Shown one piece after another: positions 15,324-20,431 of a DNA stretch of 20,431 nucleotides. The notes beneath the pieces are model-generated. The model did no database searches. It was not told the origin of the DNA and saw only the letters and a program-made list of their open reading frames with translations. The stretch is taken from contig JBDKRC010000252.1 in NCBI GenBank assembly GCA_039683575.1, forward strand, positions 1 through 20,431, given 5' to 3'. Numbering within the stretch: the first letter of the stretch is position 1; each line of letters begins with the position of its first letter. This DNA is from Armatimonadia bacterium (GTDB lineage Bacteria > Armatimonadota > Zipacnadia > Zipacnadales > UBA11051). The position numbers and the translations under genes were made by a program.

Positions 15324-15989
15324 ATGATCCGCTCTGCGCTCTGGTCACTGGTAATCGCGAGCATGCTCACCTGCCTCACCTCAGCCGCCTCCGCCCGCTG
15401 CAACGTCCTGCCCGCCGTCCACGGCTACAACACCGGCAAAGCTACCGTCGTCCCCCTGCGCGGCGTAGCCGAATGGCTGGGCGCACAGGTCCAGTTCAAG
15501 TCGCCCCAGATCACCATCAGCTACGGCAGCCAGCGCATCTCGATGAGACTCGGCTCCCGGGCCGCTCAGGTCAATGGGCGCACAATCCAGATGAGCGCCC
15601 CGGCCAAAGCCTACGGCGGCATCACGTGCGTTCCGTTGCGTGCGGTGAGCGAGGCGCTGGGTGTCGCTGTGACCTATCACCCCCACGGGACCCCCCAGAT
15701 TGCCTCGGCGAGTCTCGCTACCTTACAGGCGAACGGGCGGGTCGGCAATGTGATTGTCCACGTCCTGCCGCCGAATGAGGTGGCGAAGATCGTGACGTTG
15801 TACGCCGGTGAGATGGACACCTACCATGGCGACAATGCCGTGATCTGGGTCCTGAGCCGCGACGCGCACGGCGCCAAAGCCATGGTAATCAACTGGAACG
15901 ACCAGACCGGCACCTACGACTTCGGCGGGCGCCCGGATGTACTGTGGGTCAGAAACGGTGTCTGGGAGATGGGCTGCTACGTAAACTAG
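15324..15989 (+). CDS. Copper amine oxidase N-terminal (stalk) domain exported protein
   Basis: Start ATG 15324 after AGGGAG. Signal peptide. VPLRGVAEWLGAQV...AQVNGRTIQMSAPA...VPLRAVSEALGVAV. Confidence 0.85.
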   Translation: MIRSALWSLVIASMLTCLTSAASARCNVLPAVHGYNTGKATVVPLRGVAEWLGAQVQFKSPQITISYGSQRISMRLGSRAAQVNGRTIQMSAPAKAYGGITCVPLRAVSEALGVAVTYHPHGTPQIASASLATLQANGRVGNVIVHVLPPNEVAKIVTLYAGEMDTYHGDNAVIWVLSRDAHGAKAMVINWNDQTGTYDFGGRPDVLWVRNGVWEMGCYVN

Positions 15990-16035
15990 CGTCATCGCGG
16001 GAGCATCACCAGTCCGATTTCAGCGAAAGCCAATG

Positions 16036-16060
16036 GGGCGCGGCCAATGCCGCGCCCTTT
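16036..16060 (+). terminator. intrinsic terminator
   Basis: GGGCGCGGC-CAAT-GCCGCGCCC-TTT between convergent genes. Confidence 0.7.
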
Positions 16061-16099
16061 CTCGTGATGACCTTCCCCCAAGCCGACACGTCGTTCCTC

Positions 16100-16732
16100 T
16101 CAGCCTTGCCGCCCCTTCCCCCTAACCACCGCCCAAACCACCAGACACAACAGCGCCACCACAAGCAGGGCCGGACTGAGCTGGTAGTAACGGTTCTCTC
16201 CTGGGGGCGGTCCAGTCGGCGGCACTACCGGAACCGGGACAGGAGCAGTCGGGACGACGGCAGGCGGCGGGGGTGGAGGTGCGGGTGGCGCGGGGACAAC
16301 CGAAACGATCTGCACCTTGCTGCCGATGGCCACGAGCGGGTAGAGGCGCTTGATGTCCGCATTGCGCATCCGCACGCAGCCCAGGGAAGCGTACTTGCCG
16401 ATGCTCCCGGGCTTGTTCGTGCCGTGGATGCCGACCTGTTTCCACCCGCGCCGGCCCCTGGTGTTCAGCCCGATCCAGTGGGTGCCGAACTGGCCTGTGC
16501 CGGCCTTGGAGACGACGTGCTTGTCACTGACGCGGAAGTTGCCCTGCACCGTGCAGCGGTACAGCCCTGTCGCGACGGGGTACCGCCCCAGCAACTCACC
16601 ACGCGCGCCAAAGAGCTTCAGGCTGTTGTCAGCCTTGTTCACGACGATCGTGCAGCGCTGGGTGGGCGTTGCCTCAGCCCTGCCCAGAGCCACAACGCAC
16701 AGGCAGGCGACGAGTCTCACAGTCCGTTTCAT
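16100..16732 (-). CDS. L,D-transpeptidase (YkuD family) with Pro-rich linker and C-terminal membrane anchor
   Basis: IVVNKADNSL, YPVATG, FGTHWIGL and GIHGTN.P.SIGKYASLGCVRM (catalytic His/Cys). Confidence 0.92.
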   Translation of the reverse strand: MKRTVRLVACLCVVALGRAEATPTQRCTIVVNKADNSLKLFGARGELLGRYPVATGLYRCTVQGNFRVSDKHVVSKAGTGQFGTHWIGLNTRGRRGWKQVGIHGTNKPGSIGKYASLGCVRMRNADIKRLYPLVAIGSKVQIVSVVPAPPAPPPPPPAVVPTAPVPVPVVPPTGPPPGENRYYQLSPALLVVALLCLVVWAVVRGKGRQG

Positions 16733-16764
16733 GGGCCAAATCCCCCGGGGTTAGCACGAGTTTG

Positions 16765-16789
16765 AAGGGCGCGGCTCAAGGCCACGCCC
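16765..16789 (-). terminator. terminator-like hairpin
   Basis: Minus strand GGGCGTGGC-CTTGA-GCCGCGCCC-TT (one G.U pair), after the 16815 stop. Confidence 0.55.
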
Positions 16790-16814
16790 GTTGCCTTCTG
16801 AGTTGCCGCTTCGC

Positions 16815-18065
16815 CTACCCTCGTCCAATCAGCCCCCGCAAGATCCCGCACGCCTCCACGAGCCGCTCCCTCATCCCGCCGTTAAGCGGGTTCGTGTCGC
16901 GGAAGATCAACTCGATGAAGTTGTCCTGCGTCTGATCGAGCGTCTGCTTGATATAGGCCGTGAAATCCGCCGCATCGAACTGCGCCCCGCACAGCTTCAG
17001 CGGGTGCGGCTTGCGAGACAGCACCACGCTCTTGCCTGCCGAGGCCGAGATCGACTCCACGTCACACCACGGCGACACGGTCACCTTCCGCAGCGCCTTG
17101 AACTGCTTCAGCGTCGGCCAGAACTGGTGGGTCGGCTCGCAGCACCCGTAGTTCATCAGCCCATAGCGGTCGCCAATGCGCCGCTGGTACGGGTGGATGA
17201 ACTCCGCATACATCGCCGGCGACAGCCCCACCGCCTCCTGCGCCTCGATGAACCCCCAGATGTCGCCGAGGTTCAGCTTCTCCCCCGGTGCAATCTCCCG
17301 CCGCGGCAGCTCGTCGGAGTACACGCAGCTACCCGAGCCGCAGTCCAGTTCGCGGCTGTTGCTGGTAATCAGACCCTCCGCCTCCAGCCACGCCACATAG
17401 CCCTCATTGTCGGTCGTGATGAAGTCAAAGAAACGGTGTACGTTCTCAGGCTGGTCCAGCATCGCCATGTAGAACGTGTCCATCCCCATCAGGTGCACAG
17501 CCTGCCCCGCCATCCCTGTCCCGGCCCAGGCCCCGCTGTAGCCCACGATCTCCACCGGCACCAGGTCGCCGAAGATCGCCTCGGCCTGCTCCACCCCACG
17601 ATACGTTGCCTCGCGGTCCACCGAGTACTCCGTCGGCTGCAGCCGTTCCAGTCCCTTCGCCAGGTCCGCCATGGGGTGATTGGTCGTATACCCAAGCTCC
17701 CGTCCGGTCGAGTCCGGCACGCGAGTATACCGCAGCTCCGGGCAGATGCTCGTGCGACCGATGGCCCACGCCACCGGGAAGCTACGCGGGAACACCCGGT
17801 CGTCGGGGATCAGCCGGTAGTTGGTGATCACCCGCAGGAAGTGGGCCTCGCAGCCGCGCTCAAACTCCCCCTCACACTCAAGCGGCGGGGTCAGGTCGGC
17901 AAAGAACGACCCGTTGTCCTCGATATGGAAGGGGACGGTACGCTCCTGCAGGCGATTACTTCGCCGCCAAAGCTCCCGCCGCGCGTTCATGTCGTCGCTG
18001 TTGACGATCTCCGCAAACTCCGCCGCCAGCGCCCGCAGCCGGTTGCGATCAGCAGGTGTGGCCAT
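16815..18065 (-). CDS. Uroporphyrinogen decarboxylase/methyltransferase-superfamily-like protein
   Basis: LMGMDTFYMAMLDQPENVH, LSPAMYAEFIHPYQRRI, YGCCEP, LRKVTVSPW and VLSRKP. Substrate unknown. Confidence 0.7.
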   Translation of the reverse strand: MATPADRNRLRALAAEFAEIVNSDDMNARRELWRRSNRLQERTVPFHIEDNGSFFADLTPPLECEGEFERGCEAHFLRVITNYRLIPDDRVFPRSFPVAWAIGRTSICPELRYTRVPDSTGRELGYTTNHPMADLAKGLERLQPTEYSVDREATYRGVEQAEAIFGDLVPVEIVGYSGAWAGTGMAGQAVHLMGMDTFYMAMLDQPENVHRFFDFITTDNEGYVAWLEAEGLITSNSRELDCGSGSCVYSDELPRREIAPGEKLNLGDIWGFIEAQEAVGLSPAMYAEFIHPYQRRIGDRYGLMNYGCCEPTHQFWPTLKQFKALRKVTVSPWCDVESISASAGKSVVLSRKPHPLKLCGAQFDAADFTAYIKQTLDQTQDNFIELIFRDTNPLNGGMRERLVEACGILRGLIGRG

Positions 18066-18132
18066 GGCACTCCTCGAAGATGTGATGGTGCGGAGGTTTC
18101 CCCCTCAAGCTGCCGGCAACCTGCCATCCACA

Positions 18133-18171
18133 AACACGCAGGCGCAGCCACCAAGGCTGCGCCTGCGTGTT
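18133..18171. terminator. long perfect hairpin / probable terminator
   Basis: 17-bp stem AACACGCAGGCGCAGCC-ACCAA-GGCTGCGCCTGCGTGTT, just after the 18189 stop. Confidence 0.7.
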
Positions 18172-18188
18172 CTCAAGGGTAGTTGGCG

Positions 18189-20162
18189 CTACCGCACCTG
18201 CAGCGGCGTCAAAGCCGTCGCCTGCGTCCCCTCGGCTCCCATTGCCTCCACCCGCACCAGGTAAGTCCCCGCCGGCACCTTCGTCCCACTGCTCCCCTTC
18301 CCATTCCACACCAGCGAACTCACTCCCGCCTCCAGCTCCCTCTGCGGCAACTGCGCCACGACGCGTCCGGCGATGTTGCAGATCACCGTCCGCACCGTCG
18401 CCGCCGAACTCAGGTTCACCGTCACCTGCGCACCCATTGCCGTCGGTGCCGCCGAGATTGTCACCACCGTGGCTGCCCCGGAGCCGGCGGTGGTGAAGTT
18501 ATAGCTCTCGCTCCACCCCAGTACCCGTCCAGTCGAGCACACAATCCCGCTCGCCAGCCGCACCTCAAACTGGGTAGTGGCCGCGAGGCTGGCCTTCGGC
18601 GTAAAGCGCACCTTGAGGTTCGGCTTGATCCACATCGCCGCACCCGGCACGAGGTTGGCTCCCTGGTACACTCGGAGTCGCTGATTGACGGAAAGCTGGT
18701 TGACCGGCCACTTGAAGGTGATGTCAATCGGGCTGGTAACCGGGACGTTCGTTGCGCCCGAGGCGGGACTGACCGCCGCGGCCATCCGCACGATCGTTGC
18801 CGTCTTGTGCGCCTTCCACAGGCTGTACTGGGTACCATCGAAGGACCGCGCTCGCACCTGCCACGTTTCGCCAAAGTTGACCTTGTCCGCCGTCAGCACT
18901 TTGCCGGGATTGTCGACCCACTTGGTCAGATACCCTCCGGTTGGGCTGACCTTGGCCCACTGGTACTCGTAGGTGACGCCATCCCCATCGGGATCGGTGC
19001 TGTCGTCGCAGACCCCGGTCAAGTCTTCCTTCCCCGGCACCGCCGGGCTGATCCGCACCCACTCCGGCCTCGTCGGTGGCCGGTTGGCGCTCTTGGACGC
19101 ATACTGGGTATTGCCATCAAACCCCATGTTGATCCGCCCGCCATTGTGCGACGGCTCATGAGAGTAGTCCGACGTCGGGTCGCCGGCGTCCAGACAAGGA
19201 CTAGTCAGAGCATCGATTATCCAGGTTGACCCATTCCACCGGCCTGCGTGTGATTTCAGCCGGTATTCGACATCGAACAGCGGATCCACCGAGATGTTGC
19301 CGTTCGTGCCCGTCGGGTCCGTTAGGCCGCTGTAGTTCCCCGAGGTGTTATTGAACACGTTGCAGTACGAGATACCGTTGAGGTCGGTCTCCGCCGCAAC
19401 CTGTAGCCCCTTACCGAAGTTGCTCTCGATGATGCAATCCTTGATGCTGGTCTTCAGCAACCCGTGATAAGCCGCGCCATTGACGCTAAGCCCATCGGGG
19501 GAGTTGCCTGAAATGGTGTTGCTGTAGATTTCAGCGCCCACAGCCTGCTCGTATACGCCGCCGCCGCCCAGAGTCGCCAGGTTCCCGGTGACGCGGTTGT
19601 TGGTGAAATGGATGACGGCCATGAAGCCCGTTGTGAAGTACGCGCCGCCTCCAAACTGGTCGGCGAAGTTGCCCCTGATGACGTTGTTGCTGATGATCGG
19701 GTCACCGCCGCCCCAAACGTATATGGCTCCTCCGCATGATGCCCGGTTGTTGAAAAACACATTGTTGGTGATGGTCGGTACGCCATTGAAACAGTGCACG
19801 CCGCCACCGTCGGTTGTCGGGCCGCCATTGGTGATGGTGAAGCCGGATATGGTACCGGATGAACCATCCATGTTGACGACGGAGCCATTGCTGAGGCCTC
19901 CGTCCAGAATGGTGTTTGCGACCACGGCCGGATCCTCAGGGTCCGTGCTTCTGACGGTTATCGTCTTGGTCTGATAGTTGAGCGACTCGGCGTAGCTGCC
20001 GGGTGCCACAACCACGACATCTCCATCGTTTGCCGCGGTGATCGCTGCCTGAATGGTGGGGCCATGAACCCCCGGCACATCAATCTGAGCCGCTGCCGCC
20101 ATCCCCACCGCCAGCGCTGCAACAACGCAAAGAACGCTCCACCTGAACGCTGACCTAAGCAT
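18189..20162 (-). CDS. Exported right-handed parallel beta-helix protein with SbsA/Big_5-like Ig and C-terminal FlgD-Ig-like domain
   Basis: ATG 20162 with SD AAGGAGG. TIQAAITAANDGDVVVVAPGSY, GGG/N-rich beta-helix repeats, GNISVDPLF and SPCLDAGDP. VSPASGATNVPVTSPIDITF. ICNIAGRVV...WNGK...GTKVPAGTYLVRV. Confidence 0.85.
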   Translation of the reverse strand: MLRSAFRWSVLCVVAALAVGMAAAAQIDVPGVHGPTIQAAITAANDGDVVVVAPGSYAESLNYQTKTITVRSTDPEDPAVVANTILDGGLSNGSVVNMDGSSGTISGFTITNGGPTTDGGGVHCFNGVPTITNNVFFNNRASCGGAIYVWGGGDPIISNNVIRGNFADQFGGGAYFTTGFMAVIHFTNNRVTGNLATLGGGGVYEQAVGAEIYSNTISGNSPDGLSVNGAAYHGLLKTSIKDCIIESNFGKGLQVAAETDLNGISYCNVFNNTSGNYSGLTDPTGTNGNISVDPLFDVEYRLKSHAGRWNGSTWIIDALTSPCLDAGDPTSDYSHEPSHNGGRINMGFDGNTQYASKSANRPPTRPEWVRISPAVPGKEDLTGVCDDSTDPDGDGVTYEYQWAKVSPTGGYLTKWVDNPGKVLTADKVNFGETWQVRARSFDGTQYSLWKAHKTATIVRMAAAVSPASGATNVPVTSPIDITFKWPVNQLSVNQRLRVYQGANLVPGAAMWIKPNLKVRFTPKASLAATTQFEVRLASGIVCSTGRVLGWSESYNFTTAGSGAATVVTISAAPTAMGAQVTVNLSSAATVRTVICNIAGRVVAQLPQRELEAGVSSLVWNGKGSSGTKVPAGTYLVRVEAMGAEGTQATALTPLQVR

Positions 20163-20252
20163 ACGCCGCCTCCTTACCATGATCACGAGGATTTCGTCAC
20201 CATCAGTCTCTCGTCCTTCATTTCACACACACTTTGGCCCACTTCAGAATCA

Positions 20253-20281
20253 GACAGGCGCAGCCAAAGGCCGCGCCTGTC
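20253..20281 (-). terminator. terminator-like hairpin
   Basis: Minus strand GACAGGCGCGGCC-TTT-GGCTGCGCCTGTC (one G.U pair), after the 20307 stop. Confidence 0.6.
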
Positions 20282-20306
20282 CAATCTCACCCACGTAACC
20301 CGCTCC

Positions 20307-20431
20307 TCACCGCATCTGCACCGGCGTCAAAGCCGTCGCCTGCGTCCCCTCCGCTCCCATGGCGTCCACCCGCACCAGATAAGTTCCTGCCGGCACCTTC
20401 GTCCCACTGCTCCCCTTCCCATTCCACACCA
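20307..20431 (-). CDS. 3' end of a paralogous protein with FlgD-Ig-like C-terminus (partial)
   Basis: Encodes ...VWNGKGSSGTKVPAGTYLVRVDAMGAEGTQATALTPVQMR*. 115/125 nt identical to 18189-18313. Confidence 0.9.
   Translation of the reverse strand, partial: VWNGKGSSGTKVPAGTYLVRVDAMGAEGTQATALTPVQMR

Noticed and set aside
16791-19229. 463-aa and 348-aa + strand ORFs
   Set aside because: Arg/Pro-rich antisense shadows of well-supported minus-strand genes.
18189-20431. DGR template/variable repeat pair
   Set aside because: Mismatches are mostly synonymous and not adenine-specific, both copies are coding 3' ends, and no reverse transcriptase is in the window.

Overview
GC-rich bacterial chromosomal window around the dnaA locus. 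The gene content (PKD, SbsA-Ig/FlgD-Ig, stalk-domain and URO-D-like proteins) suggests an Armatimonadota-like diderm, which is an inference. On the minus strand, dnaA-dnaN-recF-dciA(DUF721) has degenerate DnaA-box clusters on both sides of dnaA and DnaA-trios between dnaA and dnaN. A three-gene surface module sits between recF and dciA: a PKD/HExxH exported protein, a HEAT-repeat lipoprotein and a TPR/beta-sandwich protein. Its promoter carries a G11 tract in the -35/-10 spacer, a candidate phase-variation switch. Several classes of GTAG/GTGG REP palindromes occur, and at least two lie in-frame inside proteins, including RecF. Right of dnaA are a PhnP-like hydrolase, a Gfo/Idh/MocA oxidoreductase, two FlgT/CsgG-like exported proteins, a stalk-domain protein, an L,D-transpeptidase, a URO-D-like protein and two paralogous exported proteins with near-identical FlgD-Ig-like C-termini. 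rpmH is absent upstream of dnaA, and GC skew does not appear to flip there. All family assignments come from motif recognition by eye; no searches were run.
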